64,000 nt of DNA from an uncultured Bacteroidales bacterium (GCA_963749345.1 CAVVMO010000004.1:135187-199186); one strand, 5' to 3'; shown: positions 10,746 to 20,850, counted from the stretch's first letter. The notes: a model not told the origin generated them from the letters alone. Translations and numbers: made by a program.

Positions 10746-12914
10746 TTATAGGTGATTACCGGTTTTAAAATTCTCCAGGCCCGTATCCAAAAATTTAATG
10801 AAAGCATCAATGTCCAGATCATAAGCTCTGGGTTTGGCTAGTAAATCGCCGTCATGATCCAATAATATGTAATAAGGTTGAGCATTTATATTAAAGTTAT
10901 AAATCTGCAAATCAGCATATATCTTACCTATTGATTTTTTTAGTTTGCCATCGGCAGAGGATAAAACCCATTCCGATTCGGGGAGTGTAGTTTTGTCATC
11001 CACATAAAGACTGATTACAACATATTCTTCTTTCAATCTCCTCAATACACCCGGATCAGACCAAACATTGGCTTCCATTTCACGGCAATTCACGCAGCCG
11101 TGGCCGGTAAAATCGACATAAATAGGTTTGCCTAATTTCTTTGCACAAGCAAGTCCCTGTTCATAATCATAGTATCCTTCAAGTCCATGAGGTAAATGAA
11201 GAAATTCATGAAATTTAGGTGTTTCGCAAATGGATGAACCTTCTTTTATTCCCATTTGCGCTGAACTATTTTGCTGAATGATTTTGTTTAAATCAAAATC
11301 ATGTGTCGTCATCGGGGGTAAATATCCTGATAAGGCTTTCAAGGGTGCTCCAAACATACCTGGTAACAGGTAAATCACAAAAGTAAAGGTGATGATGACG
11401 AATGTAAGCCTGGGAACACTTATAAATTTTACCTCGCTGTCGTGAGAAAATTTTATCTTGCCAAGAAGGTAAAACCCCATGAGAGTGAAAATAATAATCC
11501 AGAAGGCAAGATAAACCTCCCTGTCGAGTATTCCCCAATGATAGGTTTGATCAGCCACACTTAAAAACTTCAATCCCAATGCAAGCTCAATAAATCCAAG
11601 TATAACTTTTACGCTGTTTAACCATCCACCCGACTTTGGAAGTTTGTTCATCCAGGATGGGAAAAATGCAAAAAGTGTAAAAGGTAATGCAAAGGCCACT
11701 GAGAAACCCAACATCCCAACAATTGGTTCAATCCATGCACCGGTAGCTGCCTTTACCAAAATAGCTCCAACCAAAGGACCCGTGCATGAAAATGAAACCA
11801 ATACAAGGGTAAATGCCATGAAAAATGCTCCTGTAAACCCACCTTTATCAGCCTTCGAATCCGATTTATTGATTAGCCAGCTGGGTAAAGTTATTTCGAA
11901 CATGCCAAAAAAGGATGCCGCGAAAATCACAAATATCAGGAAGAAAAGCACATTGGGAAGCCAATGCGTGCTTAACCAGTTAGCAAAATTTACCCCAAGT
12001 GTCACCGCGATTAAGGTTCCGACTACGGTATAAATTAAAATGATAGAAATGCCGAAAACAATTGCCTGTATTTTTGCTTTTGCTTTCTGTTCCTTCATAA
12101 AAAAGCTGACTGTCATAGGAATCATCGGAAAAACACAAGGAGTTAGTATGGCTGCCAAACCCGCTAATATTGAAAAGATAAACAATTCCCAGAGCGATTT
12201 ATTGGAAATGTTATCCACATCGGCTCTTTTCAATACCGATTTGTCTTTAAGCATTTCATATGTTTTCTTATACTCTCCAGGTTTCCGGATCTCCTCCTGA
12301 TCAGTACCGATAGATATTGTTGTAACTTCGACTAAAGGAATTTTTTTTGAAGTATCCTGAGTTTTTACTACAACTTCTTTTTCACTTCCATTAAAGGTAA
12401 ATTGAAATTTGTATTCATCATTCGGGGGTAAGCATTTAGAGTCATCGCAGCACATGAAATAGACATATCCTGAAACAGTCAGCGGATCTTTGGTTACAAC
12501 CTTTATCTTTCGGGTAAATTCGGCTTCATGCTCAAAATATTTGATAACTGCATTATTAAACATTGGGTCTTTTTCTTCGTGCCCTTTTGGTTCAATAAAT
12601 GTGACAATGTAATCAATATCGTTTTCCTTTTCGTAGGAAGCTTCTTCGGTAATTTTAGCATCAGATCCTAAGAATTCAATTCCTTTAATATCATAAAAAT
12701 AAAATGAGGTTTTAACCGGCATTCCATCTCCCTCAGGAACAAATTGCGAATACAAATGCCATTTTTTTTCAATGGTAGCCTTAAATACAAATTCAAATTC
12801 ATCATTTCCCAAATCTGACTTGCTGAAACTCCATTTCACCGGGTCTAATATTTGGGATTGTACAATACAGGCAAAAAATAAAAGAATGCCTGCTGATATA
12901 ACTAACCTCTTCAT
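10746..12914 (-). CDS. dsbD: Protein-disulfide reductase DsbD family (N-domain, CcdA transmembrane domain, thioredoxin domain)
   Basis: CCDDSKC, LTPCVFPMIP, FSCTGP, LPKSGGWL, DFTGHGCVNCREME. Confidence 0.92.
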   Translation of the reverse strand: MKRLVISAGILLFFACIVQSQILDPVKWSFSKSDLGNDEFEFVFKATIEKKWHLYSQFVPEGDGMPVKTSFYFYDIKGIEFLGSDAKITEEASYEKENDIDYIVTFIEPKGHEEKDPMFNNAVIKYFEHEAEFTRKIKVVTKDPLTVSGYVYFMCCDDSKCLPPNDEYKFQFTFNGSEKEVVVKTQDTSKKIPLVEVTTISIGTDQEEIRKPGEYKKTYEMLKDKSVLKRADVDNISNKSLWELFIFSILAGLAAILTPCVFPMIPMTVSFFMKEQKAKAKIQAIVFGISIILIYTVVGTLIAVTLGVNFANWLSTHWLPNVLFFLIFVIFAASFFGMFEITLPSWLINKSDSKADKGGFTGAFFMAFTLVLVSFSCTGPLVGAILVKAATGAWIEPIVGMLGFSVAFALPFTLFAFFPSWMNKLPKSGGWLNSVKVILGFIELALGLKFLSVADQTYHWGILDREVYLAFWIIIFTLMGFYLLGKIKFSHDSEVKFISVPRLTFVIITFTFVIYLLPGMFGAPLKALSGYLPPMTTHDFDLNKIIQQNSSAQMGIKEGSSICETPKFHEFLHLPHGLEGYYDYEQGLACAKKLGKPIYVDFTGHGCVNCREMEANVWSDPGVLRRLKEEYVVISLYVDDKTTLPESEWVLSSADGKLKKSIGKIYADLQIYNFNINAQPYYILLDHDGDLLAKPRAYDLDIDAFIKFLDTGLENFKTGNHL

Positions 12915-13089
12915 TTATTACTATATTATCCTTATTTATGTTGATTTGGAAGACAACTTCTTAATTTAAATAGTTGTACAAATTGGCAAATGTAAATATT
13001 TCCTTAAATCAGTGGTAGAGTCGTTAATGATTTTTAACGAATATCAAATTAAAGGCTAAAGGTTTTATCCGCACAATTTATGAAAAACC

Positions 13090-14421
13090 TCATATATTAC
13101 ATTGTATCCTTAGGATCCTTTTCGTTTCCGGAGTAACTTTAAATCTGTTGTCAATTCTGTGTCCTATGATCCAGACAACCTGATCCCCGGAAGTCAGTAA
13201 CCAGATTTTTTCTTTTTCAGGAATGGAAAGCTTAATATCAATAAAGAAATCACTGATGAGTTTTTTATTTTTCATTCCCAGCGGATAGAAAGAATCTCCT
13301 TTTTGCCATTTCCTTATCAATAGAGGATATATTAGTCTGTCTTTGTCGAGAAAAGCTTGATTCGTATTGCTGGTAAATTTAATATCAGATTTTTTTAGAA
13401 TTAAATTAAATTCCATCTTAATCGGGAATATGATTTCCGTCGTGTCTTTCTGAATTTCGTAATATTTTTCATTTGGCTCAAGACCTTTAATTTTTTCGAT
13501 GATTAGATAGTCACGGTCTTTAAATAGCCGGTGTGAATTTGAAAGAAACATTTTACCGGATTGTTTACTTAGAGAAGCCAAAATGCTTTTCACATCAGAA
13601 TAGTTGAACCCATAAGGCGACAAAAATTCATACAAATAAGTATCGACAAATTTAAGGGCATTTAATAATTGAATAGAAATTTTAATTCTGTCGTTTTCTT
13701 TTGCAATTAACTGATTAGCGACAGAGTCAATTTGTTGAAAATAAATCGTCTCAGCCTGCCGCAATCGTTCAATGTTATCAGTAAAAATTTCAGCGTACTC
13801 CTGGTTGATCTCTTTTATAACAGGAAGTAGTTGATGTCGAATTTTATTTCGGGTATAATCAGCACGAAGGTTTGAACTGTCCTCTCTGAAACGGATTTTG
13901 TTTTTTTTTGCAAATTTTTCAATCTCATTTCGGCTTGTAAAGAGCATTGGATGAATAAGTCGTCCCTGCCGGGGCAGAATTCCGTGTAAACCGGAAATGC
14001 CGGTACCTCTCAACAAGTTAATCAAAAAAGTCTCGATTTGATCGTCCTTGTGATGTGCCGTGGCATAAAAACGATACCCATATTGATCCGTTAAATTTTC
14101 AAGCCAGTTTATTCTCAGTTGGCGGGCCGCCATTTGAATTGAAATCTTATGCTGCTCTGCATACTTTTTCGTATCAAAATTCTCAAGGTGGAATTTAACT
14201 TTATTCTTTTTTGAAAGCTTTTCTACAAACAGTGCATCACTATCAGACTCCTTTCCTCTTAACTGGAAATTGCAATGGGCGATTGCGTAGGTAAACCCAC
14301 ACCTATCAAATAGCCAAGTCATTACCAGGGAATCTATTCCACCGCTTACGGCCAATAAAATAGGGTCATCCGGGTTGAATAGTTCATTTTGCCTGATAAA
14401 GCTTTCAAATTGTTGAACCAT
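13090..14421 (-). CDS. tilS: tRNA(Ile)-lysidine synthetase
   Basis: AVSGGIDS, HCNFQLRG, ATAHHKDDQIET, RNKIRH, TilS C-terminal domain. Confidence 0.96.
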   Translation of the reverse strand: MVQQFESFIRQNELFNPDDPILLAVSGGIDSLVMTWLFDRCGFTYAIAHCNFQLRGKESDSDALFVEKLSKKNKVKFHLENFDTKKYAEQHKISIQMAARQLRINWLENLTDQYGYRFYATAHHKDDQIETFLINLLRGTGISGLHGILPRQGRLIHPMLFTSRNEIEKFAKKNKIRFREDSSNLRADYTRNKIRHQLLPVIKEINQEYAEIFTDNIERLRQAETIYFQQIDSVANQLIAKENDRIKISIQLLNALKFVDTYLYEFLSPYGFNYSDVKSILASLSKQSGKMFLSNSHRLFKDRDYLIIEKIKGLEPNEKYYEIQKDTTEIIFPIKMEFNLILKKSDIKFTSNTNQAFLDKDRLIYPLLIRKWQKGDSFYPLGMKNKKLISDFFIDIKLSIPEKEKIWLLTSGDQVVWIIGHRIDNRFKVTPETKRILRIQCNI

Positions 14422-14425
14422 TGAA

Positions 14426-14433
14426 CAAAATTA
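14426..14433 (-). promoter_or_regulatory. -7 box 4 nt upstream of the tilS ATG (probable leaderless transcript)
   Basis: TAATTTTG-TTCA-ATG. Confidence 0.6.
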
Positions 14434-14601
14434 GTTAATCCGGTTTTTAAGTTGACAATACTGCATCATTTAATGCTAACATGAATAGAAATAAAAAAAA
14501 TAATATTTTTGCAATGCAAAAATTATTTCTCCTATTGAGAGAAAATAGTGATTAACAATTTATAAATAATTTTAATAGTCATTATAAACACACTTTATAA
14601 A

Positions 14602-15552
14602 ATGAAAAAAATTACATTACTATTATCAGGGATTTTAGTGTTAAGCCTTTTCTCGTCAGCGCAAAATGAAGCTGATACTTCATGGAAATTTAAAAGCGAT
14701 GTAGCATTAATGTTTTCTCAATCTTCATTTACCAATTGGGCAGCCGGTGGTGAAAACAATATTACGTTAAATGGCTTTTTTAATTTTTATGCTGGGTACA
14801 TTAAGGGTAAGCACAAATGGGAAAATATTCTTGGCCTGGCTTATGGCATGAACAAAACCGGTGAGCGGGATTTCAGGAAGAGCGAGGACAAAATAGATTT
14901 TCTATCCAATTATGGAATCAAGGCTTCTGATAAGTGGTACTATTCAGCAAACTTTAATTTTAAGTCACAATTTGCTGAAGGTTTTAAGTATCATGATGAT
15001 ATAAAACCTGATTCTTCAGTGAAGATTTCAAATTTTTTAGCTCCTGGTTTTACTTCTTTAGGGGTTGGTATGGAATACAGGCCATTTAATTATATGTCGT
15101 TTTATTTATCACCTGCCACAGCAAGGTGGATCATAGTAAATGACCAGTATTTAGCTGATGCCGGAGCGTTTGGCGTTGAACCTGCAAAATATAATCAGTT
15201 CGATTCCACAGGAATGCCTGTTATTGAATCAAAATATCAGGATGGTGAGAATATTAAATTTGAATTGGGTGCTTATTTCAGATTTTTATTTATAAAAGAC
15301 ATCATGAAAAATGTGAATGTCAGCACAAAACTGGAGCTTTTCTCAGATTATTTAGAAAATCCACAAAATATTGATGTAAACTGGGATACCATGATCAACA
15401 TGAAAGTTAACGAATGGATTAGTGCAAGTTTTGGGCTTCAAATGTTGTATGATGACAATACTCCAATTACTGATAAAGATGGAAAGACAGGCCCACGAAC
15501 ACAAATTAAAGAATTACTTTCAATAGGTTTAAACTATAAAATTTTTCAGTAA
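14602..15552 (+). CDS. DUF3078-family outer-membrane beta-barrel protein
   Basis: Signal peptide, SQSSFTNWAAGGEN, RKSEDKID, FKSQFAEGF, ENPQNIDVNWD, aromatic C-terminus. A TATTTTTG box is at 14504-14511. Confidence 0.85.
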   Translation: MKKITLLLSGILVLSLFSSAQNEADTSWKFKSDVALMFSQSSFTNWAAGGENNITLNGFFNFYAGYIKGKHKWENILGLAYGMNKTGERDFRKSEDKIDFLSNYGIKASDKWYYSANFNFKSQFAEGFKYHDDIKPDSSVKISNFLAPGFTSLGVGMEYRPFNYMSFYLSPATARWIIVNDQYLADAGAFGVEPAKYNQFDSTGMPVIESKYQDGENIKFELGAYFRFLFIKDIMKNVNVSTKLELFSDYLENPQNIDVNWDTMINMKVNEWISASFGLQMLYDDNTPITDKDGKTGPRTQIKELLSIGLNYKIFQ

Positions 15553-15666
15553 TTTTTGAAAAACCAAATGGGATTTACTAAACTTTTTAAACTTTAGCAG
15601 CAAGATAGAATTAGATTCCCAAATTTGGATTATTTTCGTAGAAGGATAGTTTTTTTTTAATATAAT

Positions 15667-15698
15667 TTTGTAAAAGTTATAAATAACACCTAATTTTG
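15667..15698 (+). promoter_or_regulatory. Complete Bacteroidota -33/-7 promoter for the small Gly/Pro gene
   Basis: TTTG (15667-15670), a 20-nt spacer, then TAATTTTG (15691-15698). Confidence 0.65.
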
Positions 15699-15798
15699 CA
15701 TAGTCAATAATTTATGATTTTGTAACTATTTTGGATTTAAGTTATTGTTAATTAATCGATCACGAAGAAATTAAACGAATATAACAAAGCCGTAAATA

Positions 15799-16029
15799 AT
15801 GAAAAAAAATATCAGACATATTGTTATTTTAGTGATTCTGGTTTGTCTTCCTGCATTCATAAGCAGCATTTATGCTGACCAACCCCCAGATCCGGGAGGT
15901 GGACCCGGCGGTGGCGACCCGGTGGGAGGAGGTTCACCACTGGGCGGTGGCTTAATCATGATGTTTGCTCTTGGGCTGGCATATGGTTCAAAAAAGGTTT
16001 TTAGTGCAAGGAAGAAACTATTGGAATAA
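15799..16029 (+). CDS. Small secreted Gly/Pro-rich protein with a PID-CTERM-like C-terminal anchor
   Basis: Signal peptide (…SSIYA|DQ), PPDPGGGPGGGDPVGGGSPLGGG, hydrophobic helix, LAYGSKK basic tail. It has its own promoter and terminator. Confidence 0.75.
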   Translation: MKKNIRHIVILVILVCLPAFISSIYADQPPDPGGGPGGGDPVGGGSPLGGGLIMMFALGLAYGSKKVFSARKKLLE

Positions 16030-16105
16030 CAGTTTAATATTTCCTAACCTGACCCAAATTCATATTTGAATTTACAGGAGTCGGTGTGGGATAAGTCATG
16101 AACTT

Positions 16106-16149
16106 AAAAAGAGGAGTGAAATTTATAAAATTTCACTCCTCTTTTTTTT
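16106..16149. terminator. Strong bidirectional intrinsic terminator
   Basis: AAAAAGAGGAGTGAAATTT-ata-AAATTTCACTCCTCTTTTT, a perfect 19-bp stem between convergent genes. Confidence 0.85.
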
Positions 16150-16201
16150 CGGAGGTCTCTCCAATATCCTTGTTGCTTTTAAACTATACTTTCATTGCAA
16201 T

Positions 16202-17569
16202 TTAACCAAATAACCGGCTAAAAACTTCTTCTATTTTACTTACCGGTATTATCTGGATATTAAACTTTCCCTGACTAATGCCTTTAAGATTATACCTGGA
16301 AATAAATATTTTTTCAAAGCCAAGTTTATCGGCTTCAGCTATCCTCTGTTCAATTCGATTAACCGATCTGATCTCCCCGGAAAGACCAACCTCAGCAGCA
16401 AAGCAGATCTTCTGATTAACCGGAATATCTTCACTCGAAGAAAGTACCGCACTGATAACTGCAAGGTCAATGGCAGTATCGTCTACGCGCAGTCCACCAG
16501 CTATGTTCAGGAAAACATCTTTTATACCCAGTTTAAAACCACTTCGCTTTTCCAAAACTGCGAGCAGCATATTTAGTCTTCTTGAATCAAAACCTGTAGA
16601 AGATCTTTGAGGCGTTCCGTAGGCGGCCGAGCTAACCAGTGCCTGTGTTTCAATCATCATAGGCCTTAAACCCTCTATCATAGCAGAAATAGCTATTCCA
16701 CTGAGGTTTTCATCGCGATGTGAAAGTAGTATTTCAGATGGGTTTTCAACTTCACGCAGTCCCGTGTTCTGCATTTCATAAATACCCAACTCTGATGTCG
16801 ATCCAAAACGGTTTTTAACACACCTTAAAATACGATATCCATAATTTCTTTCTCCTTCAAATTGCAATACTGTATCCACCATATGCTCCAAAATTTTTGG
16901 TCCGGCTAATGTTCCATCTTTCGTAATATGACCGATTAATATGACCGGAACATTTGAGATTTTCGAATACTTTTGGAACTCTGATGCGCATTCACGAATT
17001 TGGGAAATACTTCCTGCAGAAGAATCAATATAATCCGTATGCAGCGTCTGGATGGAATCCACAATGATCATTCCCGGCTGCAATTGCTCAATATGCTGAA
17101 AAATATTCTGAGTAATTGTTTCAGCTAAAACATAACAATCCGGGTTAACTATACCAATCCTTTCAGCCCTCATTTTTATTTGATGTTCGCTTTCTTCACC
17201 TGTAACATAAAGAACCTTAATTCCTTTGAGGTTTAAAGCAACCTGCAACATCAGGGTTGACTTACCGATGCCTGGTTCACCCCCAACAAGAACTAACGAA
17301 CCAGATACAAGTCCCCCTCCCAGTACCCGATTTAGCTCGTGATCAGATGTATTGATTCGGATTTCTGCTCCGCTCCGGATCTCTTCTATTTTCTGAGGTT
17401 TAGGAGAATCTTTATGAACTTTAAAGGGCGATTTATTTTTGGATGTCTCGTGTTGAATTATTTCTTCCACATAAGTGTTCCATTCTCCGCATGATGGACA
17501 ACGGCCAATCCATTTGGATGATTGTGCTCCGCAATTTTGACAAAAGAAGACGGTGTTTGTCCTGGCCAT
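16202..17569 (-). CDS. radA: DNA repair protein RadA/Sms
   Basis: CQNC..CPSC zinc finger, GEPGIGKSTL, KNRFG, Lon-like C-terminus. Confidence 0.97.
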   Translation of the reverse strand: MARTNTVFFCQNCGAQSSKWIGRCPSCGEWNTYVEEIIQHETSKNKSPFKVHKDSPKPQKIEEIRSGAEIRINTSDHELNRVLGGGLVSGSLVLVGGEPGIGKSTLMLQVALNLKGIKVLYVTGEESEHQIKMRAERIGIVNPDCYVLAETITQNIFQHIEQLQPGMIIVDSIQTLHTDYIDSSAGSISQIRECASEFQKYSKISNVPVILIGHITKDGTLAGPKILEHMVDTVLQFEGERNYGYRILRCVKNRFGSTSELGIYEMQNTGLREVENPSEILLSHRDENLSGIAISAMIEGLRPMMIETQALVSSAAYGTPQRSSTGFDSRRLNMLLAVLEKRSGFKLGIKDVFLNIAGGLRVDDTAIDLAVISAVLSSSEDIPVNQKICFAAEVGLSGEIRSVNRIEQRIAEADKLGFEKIFISRYNLKGISQGKFNIQIIPVSKIEEVFSRLFG

Positions 17570-17588
17570 TTAAGATTCTAATGAGTAA

Positions 17589-18080
17589 TTAGCATTTTTT
17601 TATTTTTTCGATGATTGCGCTGGTGGAATAACCATCAAGAAAATCAATTGTTACAATGTGACCACCATTTTCTTTCACGATATCCGAACCGACTATGTCA
17701 TGGATCTTGTAATCACTTCCTTTTACGAGAACATCCGGTTTGATTTCTTTTATCAGATTATAAGGTGTCGTTTCATTGAATAATACTACTCCATCAACAA
17801 ACTTCAGAGAAGCAAGAAATATAGCACGTGCGTTTTGATCCGTTACCGGCCGATGTATACCCTTGATCTGACTGACTGATTCGTCGGTATTAAGGCCTAT
17901 CAATAATTTATCTCCAAGATTTTTTGCTTTGGATAAATAATTAAGATGGCCAAGGTGAACAATGTCAAAGCATCCATTTGTGAAAACGATTTTTTTCTGA
18001 AAAAACCGCCAAATTGAGAGTTGTCTCTTTAGTTCTGGCAGTTCCAGAATCTTTGACTTAATGATCTCAAGATTTTGCAT
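17589..18080 (-). CDS. rfaE2: Stand-alone HldE/RfaE domain II-type nucleotidyltransferase
   Basis: VFTNGCFDIVHLGH, GLNTDESV, PDVLVKGSDY, GYSTSAII. Confidence 0.85.
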   Translation of the reverse strand: MQNLEIIKSKILELPELKRQLSIWRFFQKKIVFTNGCFDIVHLGHLNYLSKAKNLGDKLLIGLNTDESVSQIKGIHRPVTDQNARAIFLASLKFVDGVVLFNETTPYNLIKEIKPDVLVKGSDYKIHDIVGSDIVKENGGHIVTIDFLDGYSTSAIIEKIKKC

Positions 18081-19083
18081 TTGGTTTATTATTGATTATT
18101 GGCAACAATATCATCGAAATTAAACCGGTAATTATTACCATTACGGTTTGACCAGTCCATAATAACCACCCCAATGCATATCCTGTTGTTGAAGGAATGG
18201 CAAAAAGGACGAGAATTTCAGCAACAATCCATGGATATATTCCAATTCCACCCTGAACCAGTACAATAGCAATAGATCCAAATACCAATACGGCTAATCC
18301 TACTCCAAGATTAAGATGGCTGGTTTCGGGAAGACAGAAAAATATTATCCAGGTCATGGATAAATACATCAACCAGATAAATATCGTATGAAAAATGAAC
18401 CAAAATGGTTTCTTTATGGTAGCAAGGGATTTTAATCCTTCAAGAAATCCGAAATAAATATTTTTAATCTTGATATAAATTTTAAAATGAGATATCCTAT
18501 GTCTGAATTTCAAAAAAAGAAAAATAACTATAACCGCGATGACAATGATTGCATAAAAAATAGTATTTGGATTTTCAATTTTACTGTACTTCTCTGAAAT
18601 ATTTAAGAATAAGGCTGATTCTTTAAAAAGCTTTACTTTATTTAGGTGGACAAATAAACTTACAATAAAAATCAAACCGAGCATTATCACATCCAATCCT
18701 CTTTCAGTAACGACCGTTCCAAAAGATTTTTGCATCGGTATTTTTTCATACTTCGACAGTATACCACAACGTGTTATTTCGCCAAGACGGGGAAGTGCAA
18801 GGTTGGCAAAATAACCGATCATAATCGCAAGAAAGGCATTTTTTTTGCGGGGAACATAACCCATTGGTTCCAGCAGGATCATCCACCGAAGGGTTCGGCT
18901 GATGTGACTTAGGATGGCAAAAACGAAAGAAACAAGTATCCAGAAGTAATTGGCATTAATAAACGAATTGTAAATTTCTTTCTTTTCGTCTGAGGTTAAA
19001 TTGTGCATAAACAGCCAGATAAAAAAAAGCCCCAGCCCAAGAAAGAAAGTTACTTTTAAAACATTAAAGAATGTCTTTTTCAA
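18067..19083 (-). CDS. Lysylphosphatidylglycerol-synthase TM / flippase-like (UPF0104) membrane protein
   Basis: Multi-pass hydrophobic protein with RW..LL, GYFANLALPRLGEITRC, FGTVVTERGLD, QGGIGIY. Confidence 0.85.
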   Translation of the reverse strand: MKKTFFNVLKVTFFLGLGLFFIWLFMHNLTSDEKKEIYNSFINANYFWILVSFVFAILSHISRTLRWMILLEPMGYVPRKKNAFLAIMIGYFANLALPRLGEITRCGILSKYEKIPMQKSFGTVVTERGLDVIMLGLIFIVSLFVHLNKVKLFKESALFLNISEKYSKIENPNTIFYAIIVIAVIVIFLFLKFRHRISHFKIYIKIKNIYFGFLEGLKSLATIKKPFWFIFHTIFIWLMYLSMTWIIFFCLPETSHLNLGVGLAVLVFGSIAIVLVQGGIGIYPWIVAEILVLFAIPSTTGYALGWLLWTGQTVMVIITGLISMILLPIINNKPNAKS

Positions 19084-19088
19084 CCGAT

Positions 19089-19436
19089 TTACTTCAGTTT
19101 GTTGTTATCGTCAGGGAATATTATGGTTGGCTTGAATTGTTTTGCCATTTCAAAATCCAAAGAGGCATAAGAAACAATGATTACTTTATCACCAACTGCA
19201 ACTTTGCGAGCCGCGGCACCATTGAGTGAAATAATCCCTGAATGTCGGGCTGCTTTTATTACATAAGTTTCCAGTCGTTCACCATTATTAATGTTGTAAA
19301 TATGAACCTTTTCATTCTCAATCAAATTGGCAGCCTCAATTAAATTCTCATCAATGGCAATACTTCCAATATAATTCAGTTCTGATCCGGTGATCGTTGC
19401 TTTGTGTATTTTCGATTTTAGTACTTCTATTTGCAT
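19089..19436 (-). CDS. panD: Aspartate 1-decarboxylase
   Basis: KSKIHKAT, YIG|SIAID autocleavage site, NGERLETY, LNGAAAR. Confidence 0.96.
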   Translation of the reverse strand: MQIEVLKSKIHKATITGSELNYIGSIAIDENLIEAANLIENEKVHIYNINNGERLETYVIKAARHSGIISLNGAAARKVAVGDKVIIVSYASLDFEMAKQFKPTIIFPDDNNKLK

Positions 19437-19448
19437 GACGCTGCAAAA

Positions 19449-20294
19449 TTATGAAAATAAAATGATATTATCGATCAAACGGACATTTCCAACATAAACG
19501 GCAATACAAGCGATCACATTACTGCTTTGTGCCCATGTTGTCAGGGGTTTAAGTGTGAACATATCGACAATCTCAAAATACTCCAGCTTTGTATTTTTGG
19601 TTTTGCGAAAGAGTTGTTCTATAAATCTTTTAATTTCATTAATGGTTGAATAGCCTGACTGAATTTTCACCATTTTTAAGGCTTCATAAATCATAGCTGC
19701 CTGCATTCGGTCAGTCTTTGTAAGCAATTGGTTCCTGGAACTCATGGCTAATCCGTCCTCTTCCCTTACGGTTGAACAAGGCACTATTTCTACCGATAAT
19801 TTAAAATCACTCACAACTTTATGAATGATAACCAGCTGCTGGTAATCTTTTAATCCGAAATAAGCCCTATCAGGTTTAAGTATTTCAAAAAGCTTTTTAA
19901 CAACTATAGCCACTCCATTAAAATGTCCGGGGCGAAACAGCCCTTCCATCACTTTATCAAGATTACCCAAATCAAATACTTCATTGACGGGTTCCGGATA
20001 CATTTCTGTTTCTGAAGGATGAAAAAGAAAATCACACCCCGATGATTCCAATAACTTAATATCCCGGTTAATATCCCGTGGGTAAACTTGAAGGTCATTT
20101 TTATTATTAAACTGAATTGGATTCACGAATATGCTGCAGGTAACATAACCATTTTCTTTCTTTGCCTCCTTGATCAGAGATAAATGCCCTTGATGAAGGG
20201 CTCCCATTGTAGGAATAAAACCAATTGAAATGTTTCCATTTCTGATTTCTTGCAAATGATCCGAAGCATCTTTTATTGTTTCCAGTATTTTCAT
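19449..20294 (-). CDS. panC: Pantoate--beta-alanine ligase
   Basis: PTMGALHQGH, SIFVNPIQF, RPGHFNGV, FGLKDYQQ, GLAMSSRN, RLIDN. Confidence 0.97.
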   Translation of the reverse strand: MKILETIKDASDHLQEIRNGNISIGFIPTMGALHQGHLSLIKEAKKENGYVTCSIFVNPIQFNNKNDLQVYPRDINRDIKLLESSGCDFLFHPSETEMYPEPVNEVFDLGNLDKVMEGLFRPGHFNGVAIVVKKLFEILKPDRAYFGLKDYQQLVIIHKVVSDFKLSVEIVPCSTVREEDGLAMSSRNQLLTKTDRMQAAMIYEALKMVKIQSGYSTINEIKRFIEQLFRKTKNTKLEYFEIVDMFTLKPLTTWAQSSNVIACIAVYVGNVRLIDNIILFS

Positions 20295-20340
20295 TCAATA
20301 AGGCATTAATCGAATAATCTCATATTTCCCCAGTTGAATT

Positions 20341-20850
20341 TTACTTATTGAGGATATTATAAATGTCTTCTTCAAGAGTAAGTGATGGTATTTCGGTAAT
20401 CCTTCCTTTTTCAATTCCTTCCTTATAAAAAATAAAAGTTGGAACACGCTCAATTTGTAAACCCGAAATATCAATTCCTGCAGTTTTTTTTCTGTCAACA
20501 CAAATAATTTCAATGTAATTTGTGTTGTAATCAAGTTCATCCAGAATTTTAAAGAATTTCGGGACCTGTTCTTTGCTGTCACCGCACCAGGTTCCTAATA
20601 TAATAGTAATGGAATAGTTGTAAATTTTATTTCTAAGCAGATCTGTAATTTCTTTTTTGGGATAATAATTAGTATATTCATTAAAGAAAAATTTCGAGAA
20701 CTCTCCTTTTTGAAGACCGGTTCTCTGACATTTACCGAACAGGTAATCTGGAATAGCGCTTTTTTCTTCTAAGACTGCTTCAGATTGTGAAATTACAAAC
20801 TGGGTAATCAGCATAAAATTGAGTATAAATAAAGCCGATTTAAAATTCAT
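20341..20850 (-). CDS. Exported thioredoxin-fold protein with a CxxS motif
   Basis: GTWCGDS, IERVPTFIFY..G.EKGRI. Start moved to ATG 20850 (signal peptide MNFKSALFIL; TATATTTG box at 20877-20884). Confidence 0.8.
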   Translation of the reverse strand: MNFKSALFILNFMLITQFVISQSEAVLEEKSAIPDYLFGKCQRTGLQKGEFSKFFFNEYTNYYPKKEITDLLRNKIYNYSITIILGTWCGDSKEQVPKFFKILDELDYNTNYIEIICVDRKKTAGIDISGLQIERVPTFIFYKEGIEKGRITEIPSLTLEEDIYNILNK

